From: Bugula neritina
Lineage: Eukaryota > Animalia > Bryozoa
DNA: 64,000 nt
Reading direction: 5' to 3'
Assembly (NCBI GenBank): GCA_964035545.1
Contig: OZ037772.1
Location: 930,001-994,000 of the forward strand
The notes below the pieces were generated by a model, which saw nothing but the letters and a program-made list of their open reading frames with translations, ran no database searches and was not told the origin of the DNA. Of the stretch, positions 40,590 to 54,939 are shown piece by piece. A program made the position numbers and the translations under genes. Position 1 is the stretch's first letter. Each line of letters begins with the position of its first letter.

Positions 40590-41810
40590 AACGTTATACA
40601 GTATATTATGCTATACAGTATATTATGCTATACAGTATAGTATGTTATACAGTATATACTATGTTATACAGTATACTATGTTATACAGTATACTATGTTA
40701 TACAGTATATTATGTTAAACAGTATATTGTGTTATACAGTATATTATGTCATACAGTATATGCTATGTTATACGGTATATTATGTTATACAGTATATTAT
40801 GTTATACAGTATACTATATTATACAGTATACTATGTTATACAGTATATTATGTTATACAGCATACTATGTTATACAGTATATTATGTTATACAGTATATT
40901 GTGTTATACAGTATATTATGTTATACAGCATATTATGTTATACAGTATACTATGTTATACAGTATATTATGTTATACAGTATATTGTGTTATACAGTATA
41001 TTGTGTTATACAGTATATTATGTTATACAGTATATTATGTTATACAGTATATTATGTCATACAGTATATTATGTTATGCAGTATATTATGTTATACAGTA
41101 TACTATGTTATACAGTATACTATGTTATACAGTATACTATGTTATACAGTATATTATGTTATGCAGTATATTATGTTATACAGTATATTATGTTATACAG
41201 TATACTATGTTATACAGTATATTATGTCATACAGTATATTATGTTATACAGTATATTATGTTATACAGTATACTATGTTATACAGTATACTATGTTATAC
41301 AGTATACTATGTTATACAGTATATTATGTCATACAGTATATTATGTTATACAGTATATTATGTTATACAGTATACTATGTTATACAGCATATGCTATGTT
41401 ATACAGTATATGCTATGTTATGCAGTATATTATGTTATACAGTATATTATGTTATACAGTATATTATGTTATACATTATATTATGTTATACAGTATACTA
41501 TGTTATACAGTATATGCTATGTTATACAGTATATGCTATGTTATGCAGTATATTATGTTATACAGTATATTATGTTATACAGTATATTATGTTATACAGT
41601 ATATTATGTTATACAGTATACTATGTTATACAGTATATTATGTTATACAGTATACTATGTTATACAGTATATTATGTCATACAGTATATTATGTTATAAA
41701 GTATACTATGTTATACAGTATATTATGTTATACAGTATACTATGTTATACAGTATATGCTATGTTATACAGTATACTATGTTTTACAGTATATTTTGTCA
41801 TACAGTATAC
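40590..41810. repeat. 17-bp minisatellite (TACAGTATATTATGTTA)n
   Basis: About 70 units, with occasional 18-bp variants. Confidence 0.95.
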
Positions 41811-42546
41811 AATCATTCACCACCATGTCAGTCAAATAATATAATATAAAGTATATTATGTAGCAACAGCTGGGCTGTGGTGAAACTCTACCAGTCTAAA
41901 TTCTGACATGCAGATATGCATATTTAATTAATTCAAACATTTTAAAAATGAACTTAAAATTCAAGAATTTAAAATATGAAACAAAATAATGTGTCCTATA
42001 AAAATAGCACAGCTTCTTAGAAGCAAGTATTTTACACTTGAACACGCAGAATTTGTACAGCTTATAATGATGACATTGTTGAATTGATACACACCTCTGA
42101 TTGGATGAGTTTTACATAATAAAACAATTGTTCATCACTTTTATTATTAGTCTAAGGTTGACAATAATTTACACTGTTATAGTTCTTGGTTGTAAACTGA
42201 TTAATTCATCATTAAGTACTTGTTTGCTGCTGCCTGGTTTATCACTGCTCATCATGATTTTAATAACAAGGAAATTATCTTCTCTTGTTGTCTCCAGGTG
42301 CTACTGTATTTGACAGGTTTCCCTGTTAATAAAGTAATTTTATACTGTTACTGATGACATCCACAAATACTTGTGTAGGGGAACAATTGACCTTTTTCTA
42401 CAACAGGAAAAGAATTGGTAAGACACGTACTAATAATATTACATACTTTATTTCATCAATTCACTTATCCTTAATCTAATTGATTAAAAGCTATTTGCAT
42501 GTAGGCTATTTTATAAATTGTTCTTAAAACTAATTTGGGTGTACCT

Positions 42547-44018
42547 ATACAATACTAGGTTTATATGACTGTAGTATATTGCTGAGTGCACATGGGCAGT
42601 GCCAATAATTATAGTTACTGTAGACTTTGCTCTTAGTGATCTGGTTGGAATAATTTACAGTCCAGTTCTTCGTGATGGAAAATTTTTATCTGCGGAGCAA
42701 CTCTAACTGAAAAACTGTTATCTAAAGTTTGTTACTTAAAGTACTATATAAATATTATTAGCAGCTTGACATTTGTTATCATTAAGGAGTGTTTAATATA
42801 AATATAATACTTGAGATAAACATTCTCATGTGATATAAATAATGTAACCTGAAGTTATATCATATGACTTGACTATCTCTACTAGAGTTAGGGTGGGTCA
42901 CCTGACAGCCCACACATATCCATACGCTACAACACATACTGTAGGAACACTGGCACAGCTGAGGCTATAGGCTGGCTAATAAGTATATGGAGTAGTTGAC
43001 CCTGCAGTTAGATACTTTGTTATAGAGACTCTAACTTTCTAGTAGTAGAAATAAAAGCAAGAGTGTCCAACCTTTTCAGAGCGAGGGCCACTGCATGAAA
43101 GCAATTAATACTTCATGACGAAGGCCATATTGGACACGTTAGCTTGCTCTGATGGCCACAGCATCAGTATTTTTAAATTTACTTTATTCCAAATTCCTAT
43201 AAATCACTACACAATAAAGTTCCAATAGTTACTGTTTTATAGCATGTGTATAAGTAAGACATTAGAAAGATAGCTTCTCACTCTAATCCATGTATACATG
43301 TGAAATATTGTTTTAGTTTTTTGCCTTTGAGGGCCACATATAAATGTAGGCTGGGGGCCACTTAAATGTAGGCTGGGAGCCACATAAATGTGGGCTGGGG
43401 GCCACATAAATGTAGGCTGGGGGCCACATAAATGTAGGCTGGGGACCACATCCGGCCTGGGCCGCCTGTTGAAAAGCCCTGCTTTAAATAGTTGATATAT
43501 TAGTATGCCAGTGACCTAAAATTTAATGGTCACTCTAGTGTTATTTTACACTTAACACAATTCAAATATTGTATATGAGAAGAATGATGGCTGATCAGAT
43601 GTATAATAACATAGTTTATCAGTTCACTTGAAGTCTTAAATTATTTTTGTTGAAAGTTAGTTGCTTGCATTTTAAAACTTGTTAATAAAACTATTATAAC
43701 TATACAATATTAGGTTTATATGTGACTGCAATGGAATATTTACAATGAAATTTACAGTCCAGTTCTTCGTGATGGAAATTTTTTATCTGCAAAAGAGCTC
43801 TAACTGAAAAACTGTTATCTAAAGTTTGTTACTTAAAGTACTATACAAATATTATTAGCAGCTTGACATTTGTTATCATTAAGGGGTGTTTAACATAAAT
43901 ATAATACTTGAGATAAACATTCTCCTGTGATATAAATAATGTAACCTGAAGTTATATCATATGACTTGACTATCTCTACTAGAGTTAGGGTGGGTCACCT
44001 GACAGCCCACACATATCT
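42547..44018 (+). repeat. Local direct duplication (42547-42920 vs 43700-44018)
   Basis: About 270 bp nearly identical (TTTACAGTCCAGTTCTTCGTGATGG...CTGACAGCCCACACATATC). Confidence 0.9.
43058..43481. mobile_element. hAT(Charlie)-like MITE with internal 23-bp repeats
   Basis: CAAGAGTGTCCAACC...TGTTGAAAAGCCCTG termini and GGGCCAC motifs; TSD not conserved. Confidence 0.7.
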
Positions 44019-45877
44019 ACACTGGTGTCAGGTGATAATGGTACAATTGGCAAAATAGGTAAAACTCAGTATATCTATTATCCTATACCACTATAGAAGT
44101 CGTAGAGAACTTCGGGTCAATCAGTGGTAATGGGATTTGTATTATATTATATAGATTTCGTCAACGACCCTCGCCTAACGAGGCGCAATTGAAATAAGTC
44201 ATTGATTGGCTGAAGGTACAACCAGTTCAACTTCATTGGTTAAGTAACGATCGTAACAACTATTACAAGTGGTGGATACAGTTAGGGTTGACATTAACAT
44301 GGCAATTTCTAGCAGTATTTTACATTCTAAATTAATTTTTTTATGCGAAAGGTTTTAGGAGCTAGGAGTTATGAGAAAAAATAATATAATGTAATAGTTT
44401 TGATTGAAAAGTTTTAACAAATGCAGGTCTAAATTTTTATTTAAATCCGCTCCTTTTAGACTTTGTTTCAAACAAAGGATATTAATTACTGTAGCTATTG
44501 GATAAGAATTTAGTCTTGTAAGTATTTTGAAAGCATAATTGTCTTCTCACTCAATTTCAGCTCATATTATAAATTTATCAATCTTCATTATAAAAACATA
44601 ATTGTCTTCTCATTAAATAATTGTCTATTACAATTTTATTGCCACCATAATATAATACCATCTTGTAAAATTTTAATATTTTTCAGCATTTTTTGCTAAG
44701 TATTATAAAATTTTATGCTGCGTTGTATAATATACATATGCATATAATGAGCTGCATGTAGTAGACGAAAAAAGATATCGCGTTTAGAAAATATGTAGAA
44801 ATTATTTGTAGAATATAAACAATGTGAAATAATTTAACAAACATATAACTTTACGAACCTCAGCATTTAAATTTAGTTTGCAGCAATAATAATTTTTTGC
44901 TTGTAAAAAGTTAAGTAGAAGAGACGAACAATTTTGTTTCTTGTTTTTAATGTTATATTTGTTAACATTGTAGATGTGCCTGTATTACACTATAAAGTTC
45001 TGATTCTTTTGGTTTAACATTGTATATAACATATTTTGCAGTATATACAAAATGAGCACATATATAAAACATATACTCATAGTAAAAGTATATAAAGTTC
45101 TAATTTTTTGCTTTGTTGATAAATATCTCCTAACTTAATGAAACACAACTTTGGTATAGTTTAAGTTACATTTTTTTTGCAAATTCATGCATACTATTTA
45201 AAATATATGCATACAACTTGGTGTTTCTGATTTGTACATGAACAATTTTATTGCTAAATGCTAAGTAATTATTTAAATTTCTCCACAACAAATTCGTCAG
45301 CATGTTTTACATACCATCTTTTAGCAAACACTTGCAACACTCCTATGCAATTACATATAACTGTAGCTATTGTAAGCTGTTCAGAAAATAACAACTATTA
45401 TGAGTGCTGCATTTTTACACACACTCACACGCACACACACATGAAGAAAAAGAAGCATATAGTTTACTGTCATGAGTTACTTGCAAAAATAAGTTGAAAT
45501 ATATGTTGAAGACTTCATACATTAATACAAATGGTATACTTGCCGACAGAGGAGCGACATAATGCAACATGCTTTTAGGAGTTGCATTACCACCATCTTT
45601 CTTAGTGTGATCAAAAATATGGCATTGAAAGAAGACAATCACTGTTTTGTGGTTTACATGTTTGTATTCCGTTTAAAACATAGTTGAAAAAAACATATAC
45701 ATATTTTCTAACTTGTGTGCGTGTGTGCGTGTGTGTGGTTTTAAATGGTGGTTTGGAAAAATTAACATTAATTTAACTCAAAGTCCAAACTCAAGCCACC
45801 AGCCCTTAAACCCCTCAACCTAAACCCGGCATTCTAAATCTCTAATCCCCCCCCAGGGGGCTTTGATTTATTTACAG

Positions 45878-46030
45878 CAGGGGTGTCCAACCTTTTCAGA
45901 CCGAGGGCCAGTCTGCAAGTTTTAGCTTGAGCTGGGGCCCACAACATTTTTTTTTGTTTTTAAAATAAATTTTCAAGATTCATTAAACATCCGCAGGCCA
46001 TATGTATTGTAATTATAAGCGAGGGCTAGG
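45878..46030. mobile_element. hAT-like MITE 5' fragment related to 43058
   Basis: CAGGGGTGTCCAACCTTTTCAGACCGAGGGCCA. Confidence 0.6.
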
Positions 46031-48254
46031 CTTTGCATGTTTATTAAAATCATAACGTATTTGAATAGATATATATTATTTATGTGTGTATGTGTGTATA
46101 ATATATGCATTTAATTAAAATAGGTAAACAAGAAACATTTCATTTTTATTACTTTAATAATCAATAATTATATATGCATTTATGTTTGTGCATAAAAAAA
46201 TTATACATATATATTCATACAAAGTATAATATATTCATGATTGTACATGCAAATTTAAACAAGATGCGCCAGTGATAAGAGTCTGTACTCATACCAGTAT
46301 AGTTATATTTTACAACCATCAGTGAAACACTTGTGAGTACACAGTGAGTACTGTTTGCCTTGAACAATTCTGTTAATATCTGGTTTCGTATTAGAACATA
46401 TATAACCCTTAGTTGCTGCACTAAGTGCTGACTAGTGAGTGAAGTGTAGTATTTATTTTGTGTATTTCATTTGACTGAAAATTGAAAGTTCAAACCTTCA
46501 AGCCATCTCTGTGCAGTGCAGCATCTAACAAGCATTCAAAGGTCAAAGGTCAAGGCGATTACAAATCCCAAATCATTTCAGTACATACTCGCACAAAATT
46601 CATTATAAAACAAAATTGTTTAGACATCTAACCTTAAAACAGTATGTAAATGAAAACTAACATACATAGTAATATTTCAGTACTGCATAAGTAAAGTGTG
46701 TCAGGGATTCTTCAACTACTTATCTTTCACAATACAGTCAATAAAAATGAGATCTCAGTTACACTTTCAAAAAAATCTTGTCTCTATATGGCCAGTCCTG
46801 ATTAAATGTCTTTGAAATACCTGTCTGCACAGGATAGTTACAGGTAACTTTTTAGCTGCAACTGCCCTGCAGAGGTTTGCATTGTAACTGTGTAAAAATT
46901 CAGTACCAGTAAAAACAATCTTATTTAATTGAAGGCTACTAGAATCAAAATTTAAAAACTATGGTGTGAATCTTATTTTTTCTCAGTGCAGCTTTTTTGG
47001 TATTTTTTCATTCTTTTGCAAAGTTATAGAAAAAACTGCACATTTTTGGCTAATTTTGCCTCAAAAATTGATTTTTGGGGTACCAGTAAAATATCTTAGC
47101 AGGAAAACATGATATCTGAATAAAAAAGCAATGACTTTTAGATTTTATATAAATTGTGGATTTATACACTAGAAATGGTATACTTCTTTTTAAGTAGTGA
47201 ACACTGTGCATCACTTCACACTTCAGTGATGAGCACATAATATAGGGGTCTACATTACTATAAGTCACAGGCTTGCTAGCTAACAGACTATCTGGCAGGA
47301 GGATACACTTGCATTTATAGATATAGTGATTGCAATTAAAGATTGAACACTTTTCCCACCATGATGAGTTATGCTATAATTACAGCTGTAAATACTTTTT
47401 CCAGACACTAATTTGATTCAAATAGCCACACACTTTAATTAGAAACAGGTGCTAATGCCGTTCTAAGTTTACTATGGAGCTTTTTAAAGATCATTTTATT
47501 TGTAGATCTTTTTAGATTGGATATAATGTGGTAAAATGCAGTAGTTTTATGGTCTTTTTATTGTTGACCTCAAATTTAGTTTGTTTGGTAGACTAAATTC
47601 TACATTTTGCATCTATATGTCTGCATGGTTATATGATTCCTTACTTTCTTCTGTCATATTATTATTATATTAGTATTGATGTAAACACTCTATGAATCAT
47701 GAAGGTCAAGAACCTTCAACATTGTGTGCATGCATTGTTATAGTTTCTTACAACTTTAGGTAAAATTGGCAGCGTCATCCCAGTTAGATGCTAATTATTA
47801 ATTAATTTCAGTGCAACATATATTTTATGCACAATTCGTTTGAATATTAATGAAATAAATCTATATTCAAATAAACTTGGATCAATTGTTTGCTATTTGA
47901 AACATAAATTTTTTTTGATCTGCATCAACTTATTAATTTTGAAATTCTCTACATCTTGTTGTTTTTTTTATAAATATTCATCAAAAATAATGTCTAATAA
48001 TAATGTAATACGGTTTTTTGCCTCACACAAATCCTTGAAAAGTAGGCTATTATTCCAAATAATTTATTAGCTAATATAGCTATAATTATAGCTATATTAT
48101 AGGCATATTAGCTATTTAGCAATCGATACGCCAGTTGATGTGCAGAGTCTAACTTTGGAAGCCTTTAGGTGAGAAGAATCCAAGTGGGAAATTTAGTCTA
48201 GCTTCAACCATAGGATAAGCCTCTTATATCTGCAATATAGGATGAAACCAAAAT

Positions 48255-48447
48255 TGCCCATGCAGGTAAAAATGGAAGAGGTAAAAATGATAAAGGTAAA
48301 AATGGCACAGCTAAACATGACACAGGCAATAATGGCACAGGTAATAATGGTTTTGTATATGTATTTTGTATTGTATATATTATATCAGTTATATACGATG
48401 CAGGTGGTTCTTATTACATGTGCCACTTTTACTGGAGCCATTTTTAC
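48255..48447. mobile_element. GGCACAGGTA-family MITE remnant
   Basis: GGTAAAAATGGCACAG repeats and inverted TGTGCCACTTTTAC. Confidence 0.55.
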
Positions 48448-49302
48448 AAATGAAAAAAAAAATGGATTGTAACCGAGAGCTTTTGTGGTGGCTCGTGGAG
48501 CTACTGTCATAACGAAGAAGGGGGAAATATTAATTCCCTTCCAAGTGCAGGACGGGGTCACTAAGTGTGTTAAGAAGATGATTCGAGACAGAAACCCGCC
48601 AATATGAATCATGAACTATAATTAGCAACAGTGACTTCCCGCGTAACAGTTATGATCAAGTAGACATGCAAACTTTAATCACTGTGCTGGGTAGTTGTTA
48701 ATGTGTTTGAATAGATGTAGTTTTTAGATTGTGTATTGTTGTATAAATATATTGTAATCTGAACTACGCTTGCGAAGTTGATTTAGAATACGCGTTGTGA
48801 AATCACTTGATCGCACACTCAAACCCACAATACTGAAAAAGATAACACTTTGACCATCATGTGCTAAAACAAATTACGTTTTTCACTTTGTTCTTTGCAC
48901 TCGAAAACAGGTCCATCACTTAATTAAATTGGATGAGTAACTTATAGGCTTGCTAATGTTTACTGATATCGTGGTTCTGTGCTAATAAGAATTGTTATAA
49001 AACCAGGTGTAGCACAAGTAGAAATGCAGTAAATAAGAAAGTAGGCACGAATGGCAGATATATATGGACACTTGATACTTTCTTCCCATTTCTTCAAATT
49101 TTGTTGAAAAGTATTTTGTTTTGCTTTCAATTTAAAGTTGGCTTTTTTTTCTTGCATCCATTATGTTTGTTTGAAACATTTTTAAAGAGTTTAATTTGAT
49201 TTTGCTGACTTTACAACTTTTCCAAAATTATTGTTATAGTTAATTTTCTAGACCTGTAACAACTTTAATTGTTATAAGTTGTAGTGTTGTGTTAACCCAG
49301 TA

Positions 49303-49373
49303 GCCTCCGTGGTGTAATGGTAGCACACTTGCTTGCAAGCCTGAGGACCCGGGTTCGATTCCCAGTAGTGGCA
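49303..49373 (+). pseudogene. tRNA pseudogene or tRNA-derived SINE head
   Basis: A-box GTGGTGTAATGG and B-box GGTTCGATTCCC; acceptor and anticodon stems mispaired; isotype unclear. Confidence 0.7.
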
Positions 49374-50090
49374 AATATTTCACATAAGTCTTGTTATTAT
49401 ATACCCGCAAACAATTTATTCTCTTTTTGTTTGTTATAGCTAATAGAAAGCTAAACCACTGCTGTATGCTTGAACCAATGAGATGGCTCAATGTTGCGTT
49501 AGGCTAAATTTGCCAGATCAGCAGCAACGGAATAGCTTATACGTAATTGATTAGAAACACTTGAAGCATTCAATACTGAGGTACTAAGAATTTATCAGGA
49601 AATTATTTAATTTTTTGAAGTATATTCTTTATTTTAAATATTTTGAATCAATCATAACTAGTCACGATATTTAAATAATTTATCATCAATTTATTATGTT
49701 TTTGTTTACCATATTACTATTAGTTATTAGTATGACCGCGCGTGAGGTTTTATAGAAATTAAAAATAACTCTTTATTTTGATACATCATGCATGGTTACA
49801 TTATGTAATAATATATTACTGTTGTATGTTTTTGTATGATTTTGCACATAATTACCAGTTTTAAAGCATCATGGTTCTTTTTATCTATTCATAATCAGTA
49901 TGATTATTCTTATATTATATAAGTATTATTTAGTTTTTCTATTCCAAATTATGCCAGTCTGTATTCCTGCAACCTTTATATAACGCTATGTTCATTGCAA
50001 ATTTATATTGTTTTAGATTTCACAGTAAAACGCATGGATAGCTCAACAAAAATTAAAATTGCACATTGCAATTTGTGTGCAGAAGCTTTT

Positions 50091-53000
50091 ATGCAACCAC
50101 CCAGCGTTAGGCCTCCTGCAAAATGCAGCAAATGCAGTAAGTATAATAAAATAAAGGATATTTTATAACTTGATTATTATATATTATGATTGATTAATTT
50201 AAATTAATTTATGCTAGACAAGCCAAGTATATATGTATGCTGCTTATATCATAATAATTATTTTCAAGTGTAGTAAATTCTTTTTGAGCTTCAATCAACA
50301 AATACCTACTATTTACAGTTTGCAGTAAAAATGACACAGGTAAAAATGGCACAGGTAATGATAATACTGATAATAAAGGCACAAATGGCAAAGTAGGTAC
50401 AAATAATGGCACATTTTCAATGTTATGGTTTGGGGTGGGATGGGGTTTAGGTTTGGAAATGAAGGTTTGAGTTTGGGGTTTAACAAGTTTGACATCAGTG
50501 TGCATTCTTTCTCACTTTTCTATTTGTGCCCTTAAATTACCATAGTGCCATTATTATACTTGTGCCATGTTATACCAGACGCGCAGGCAAACTGCAAGTG
50601 CAAGCGAATCGGCTCGTACTTATATAAGTAATTTGAGTTCTCATAATTTAATTAGGTAATCAATGCTATTTTATCCAGCATACTTTAAAACTTGGCTATA
50701 TAGCTTTTATTTTTGTAGCTAATTTTTTCATTTATTTTTCCAATTTATTTAAAGTAGCAAAAAATTCTCAATAAAACATAATTTAAGCTAAGACAATATT
50801 TTATATACAAAAAACATATATATAGTAGACCAAGTATCATCTATTGAAATAGTTGTATAGTTGCATGATTACAACAACATGCATATGGAATATAATATAA
50901 TAGTTATGGGCTGAGGCTTTTTCTTTGTTTGCATATAGTTTTCCAGATCATAGGTCTTGAGTTGTTTGTGGTCAATTATATATACTATTCTGTAAGTAAA
51001 CAGGATTGCTATACATAATTAGTTTAGCAATCTTTCGTTTTATGTGAGCACAGGCATCATAATCTAGATTGTATAGAATGTCTACAATTTGTTATGCTAA
51101 AACAAATTACTTTAGCATTAACCACAAAACCAGTACAGTTTCTTGTTTTACGTGTCATATGAGTTTAATTTCATCTATGGCTCTAAATTTAAAAATAATT
51201 ATGAGATAGTAGATTTACTTATATAAAATAGTTGGGCATTCTTATATAAATCCTCAAGAATGAAATATAATTCATATACACTTCCTTGCTGTTTCTTGTT
51301 AATTGCAATAGAAATTAAAAACATAATTTTGAAATAGCCTAAGTATTTTTGTGCTCTCAAATCCTCACTGACAATTATGGTATAGCACTTTAACTTTTCA
51401 ATGTGCTATATAATGAAAAGAAATGCTATAATAGCTATTATGCAAGCGTTTATTATAGATAAATGATCTCTTTAAATAAACGATGTTTCTTGCATGCAAT
51501 TAAACTTTTTTGCAATATTATACTTAAAATTATAACTCTAGCTATTAATAGACATGAAATTTTCAAGTAAAACCATCTTATATCATAATCCTATAGTCAT
51601 TTATAGGTCTTTAAAAAGGATTTAGTATAATTTATCATCTGGTAAGTTATTATATATAGTTAGCACCAATTTCACCAGAAATTTCATGAGGCCATACTGC
51701 AGTTAAAACTTGTTTATTGTTATCTTGGTTTTTTAGTTACCAAAAGGGAATGCCCCAGCTGCAAACACGTTATACCAATAAATGCAGTCAATTGCTCCAA
51801 CTGTGGTGAGTACATTATTACTTATGGTAATAGAGCTTCCAATTGTTCTACTTTGCTTTCATTGGTGTCACACACACACACGCACTCACTCACTCACTCA
51901 CACACTCACTCACACACGAAATATTTTACTATAAAAGTTGTGACTTCAAAGATTTTACTGCAGCGTTCACAGGTCAAATGAAAAGTATATGCATTTAGAT
52001 AAGTCATTTTGTCTGGTATACAATTATACCCAGGTTCTTTTTACATATGAAGCTATATCTGCATACATGTCTTAAAAAGTTTAATTTAAAGCATCTTAAG
52101 TAATGTATAATTGGATATATATGTGTATATATTTAGGGAGCTCTATGAGATCATTAACACTACAAACTAAACAGGAGACATTGGCTAGACAGTTTGAGTA
52201 TGGTGCTCAACATAAAAAAGGTAACGGCTACACAAGGCAGAGGATGTGTAACATGGTAAGCGATTTTGTTCTCTAGAATGCTATAATAATAGCAAATTAT
52301 AGGAAAATGAAAACAAAGTTGATCTGCATACATGTGTGACGCCATCAAATAAAATCTTTTAACTTCTGCAATATTGTAATGCTTAAATATAATATCAGTT
52401 TAAGCAAAAAATGAGAAAGGTATTTTACTATGCATGCATAACTAAAACGCTGTGCCAGTAGCTTATTTACCATTTTTGGTAAAAATTGCTTTCTGTAAAC
52501 AATAATTTGATGCGGTATAAGTTATTTTACTTATAATAATAACAAATAGAATTAATTACTAAGTGCATAGCTGTTCTTTTGTCCATATTATTGTTGAAAT
52601 AATTTAAACTATTTTATATTTTAGTCATCATTCGCTCTTGGAGCTGGCTTTGGTACAGTTACTTTTATGATAAAGCCTAACTCAAATAAGAAGGTCACAG
52701 TGATAAGCAGTGGAGTGTCATCTGAATTCTTAGGACAACTTACTAAAGCTATGACAGCAGTGCTTTTAAGTTCAAGTAAGATGCATAAATGCTTTTAGAG
52801 CTAGATGTAATATAGAGCACTTTGTATGTTTATTTATTATTTATTGACGGTGGCAACTCAAGCTTTCTACTCGTATTTTTCACTAAACCTATGGCCAATA
52901 AATACATTTTACATAAGATATTTACATTTCTTTATGTAGTTTCAGATATAAAACATGCAAATATTTGATTATCATATATAGACCATAAAAGTTGTAAAAC

Positions 53001-54939
53001 TACTTTTCTATTACTTTTTAAAAAAAATTTGTGCAGAGTTTGAATGTAATTTTACTTTATTGTATTTAGTAAAGGAAGTTTACGATCCAAACAAGATGAC
53101 AGTCATGGAAAGCTATAATAAACTAGACAAAGATGATAAACCAGTTACCATAGTTCCCTCAACCAGTGTTTCCTCAGACAGGGTTCCCTCAACCAGTGCT
53201 CCCTCAACCAGTGCTCCCTCAACCAGTGCTCCCTCAACCAGTGTGCCCTCAACCATAGGTCTCTCAACCAGTGTGCCCTCAACCATAGGTCTCTCAACCA
53301 GTGTGCCCTCAACCATAGGTCTCTCAACCAGTGTGCCCTCAACCATAGGTCTCTCAACCAGTGTGCCCTCAACCATAGGTCTCTCAACCAGTGTGCCCTC
53401 AACCATAGGTCTCTCAACCAGTGTGCCCTCAACCATAGATCTCTCAACCAGTGTGCCCTCAACCATAGGTCTCTCAACCAGTGTGCCCTCAACCATAGGT
53501 CTCTCAACCAGTGTGCCCTCAACCATAGATCTCTCAACCAGTGTGCCCTCAACCAGCTTTGTCTCCACCAGTGTGCTTTCAACCTGTCTTCCTTCAGCCA
53601 GTGTTTCCTCGGTCAGTGATCCTTCAACCAGTGTGCCCTCAGCCACTACTAGAAAGAAGAGTTCACAAAAAACAAAACGTACGTCTTTGATAATTATCCT
53701 CAAACTTTATTTAAAATCAAAATAATTATTGTCTCACAAATTGTAACCAAATTAGACAAAGCTTATTACATACTTGCATATATTTATATTGTAGTTATAA
53801 TACTTTACAATTTGTGGTTGATGCATCAGTTTTATATTTATTGTAATATTAGCTCAATGCTATATAATACAAGGTTTTGTAAATCAAGAAAATTAAAGTT
53901 TGAAGTAATTGTTTGCACAGCTTTTTGAGTATATGCATGACACGTATAAAAGATTTCATGAATTAATTTGTCTAACAAAATGTTCAGAAACTCTTTGCAA
54001 ACGTCACATATTTATAAATCGCATTATTTACCCATGTTTAAAAAGCTGTTATAAAATCATCATATAAATATAATGTTTTATGTGTTTCTTGTTGAAGGAG
54101 GTACCAAAAAACTTTGGGTGATTGAAAAGATTACTAACGTTAAAGGAAGGGAAGCACTTGTTAAATGGAAGGGGTACAGGTAAGTTGAATTGAGACCAGC
54201 AAGAATGATCATGGAGTATGAATAATTCTGCATTGAACTTTCATAATGATCCACTAGCAAAGTATAACACATGCATGCATACACAGACGATAGAGCTCGG
54301 TATAAAAATGTAAAATAGCTTACCCAATTTATTTGAGTATGCCATTTGTTATCGTAAGATTGAAAATTAGTGGTTAAATTCATTTGACTAGAAGACTGTT
54401 TATTTGGAAGCATTGTGTAATTAGGTCATGTTTTTTTATAAACTGCATTTTTTTTTACTTTTTGCTAGAAATTAGAACTTGCATGTAAGCAATGTCATAA
54501 CATAAAATGTTAGACAAAAATTTAAATTACAGAGGGAGGTACAATGGAATGTCTTTGTAACTTGTCACAGATCTAGACCGATTTTTTTTTTCTTTAACTT
54601 CAGAAGTTTGGTGGGTGCTTTTGGTCTTCCAGTTTGAAAAAGTTGTTGTTTATATTCTAGGACTCCAACCTGGGAGCCAATTACAAATGTGCGTCACACA
54701 GTGTTTTACAAACAGTTTATGGTAAGTGTACTACTTCAGCTGTTCACATTATCAATTAGTTGACTAGACACTTTTAAAATTAAAGTAGCATTTAGTTATA
54801 CTATGCTGCAGCTTAACTAAGTAAACCGGTAACTGTTCATTTGTGATTTAAAGATATCAACTGGTTGAAGTTGCATATTCCTTGTTGATTATTATTATTT
54901 CTTGTATTTTAGGGACAAGGATGCAGCAAAAGAACCTGA
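50091..54939 (+). CDS. 387-aa zinc-ribbon / Ser-Thr-rich repeat / C-terminal chromodomain protein
   Basis: Exons 50091-50136, 51737-51805, 52137-52255, 52625-52775, 53070-53678, 54098-54179, 54661-54721 and 54913-54939. All introns are GT-AG and phase-compatible; 1164 nt with no internal stop. Motifs: KRECPSCKHVIPINAVNCSNCG and LWVIEKITNVKGREALVKWKGYRTPTWEPITNV. Confidence 0.75.
50325..50583. mobile_element. GGCACAGGTA-family MITE in intron 1 of the chromodomain gene
   Basis: Same subterminal motifs; ends TGTGCCATGTTATACCAGACGC. Confidence 0.6.
53150..53645 (+). repeat. Coding 15/30-bp tandem repeat (PSTSA / PSTIGLSTSV)n
   Basis: Inside exon 53070-53678; frame preserved. Confidence 0.9.

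Noticed and set aside
40505-41844. Three overlapping 317-444-aa Tyr-rich ORFs
   Set aside because: The 17-bp repeat is open in all three frames; no coding signal.
44150-44300. Possible Helitron/Helentron terminus (CCTCGCCTAACGAGG hairpin)
   Set aside because: No matching opposite end or second copy in the window.
49303-49373. Functional tRNA gene
   Set aside because: Stem mismatches and a second degenerate copy at 17884 point to a SINE or pseudogene.
53113-53703. Minus-strand repeat ORFs (VEGTLVERPM, RAHWLRDLWL)
   Set aside because: Antisense shadows; the splice sites and phases support the plus-strand exon.
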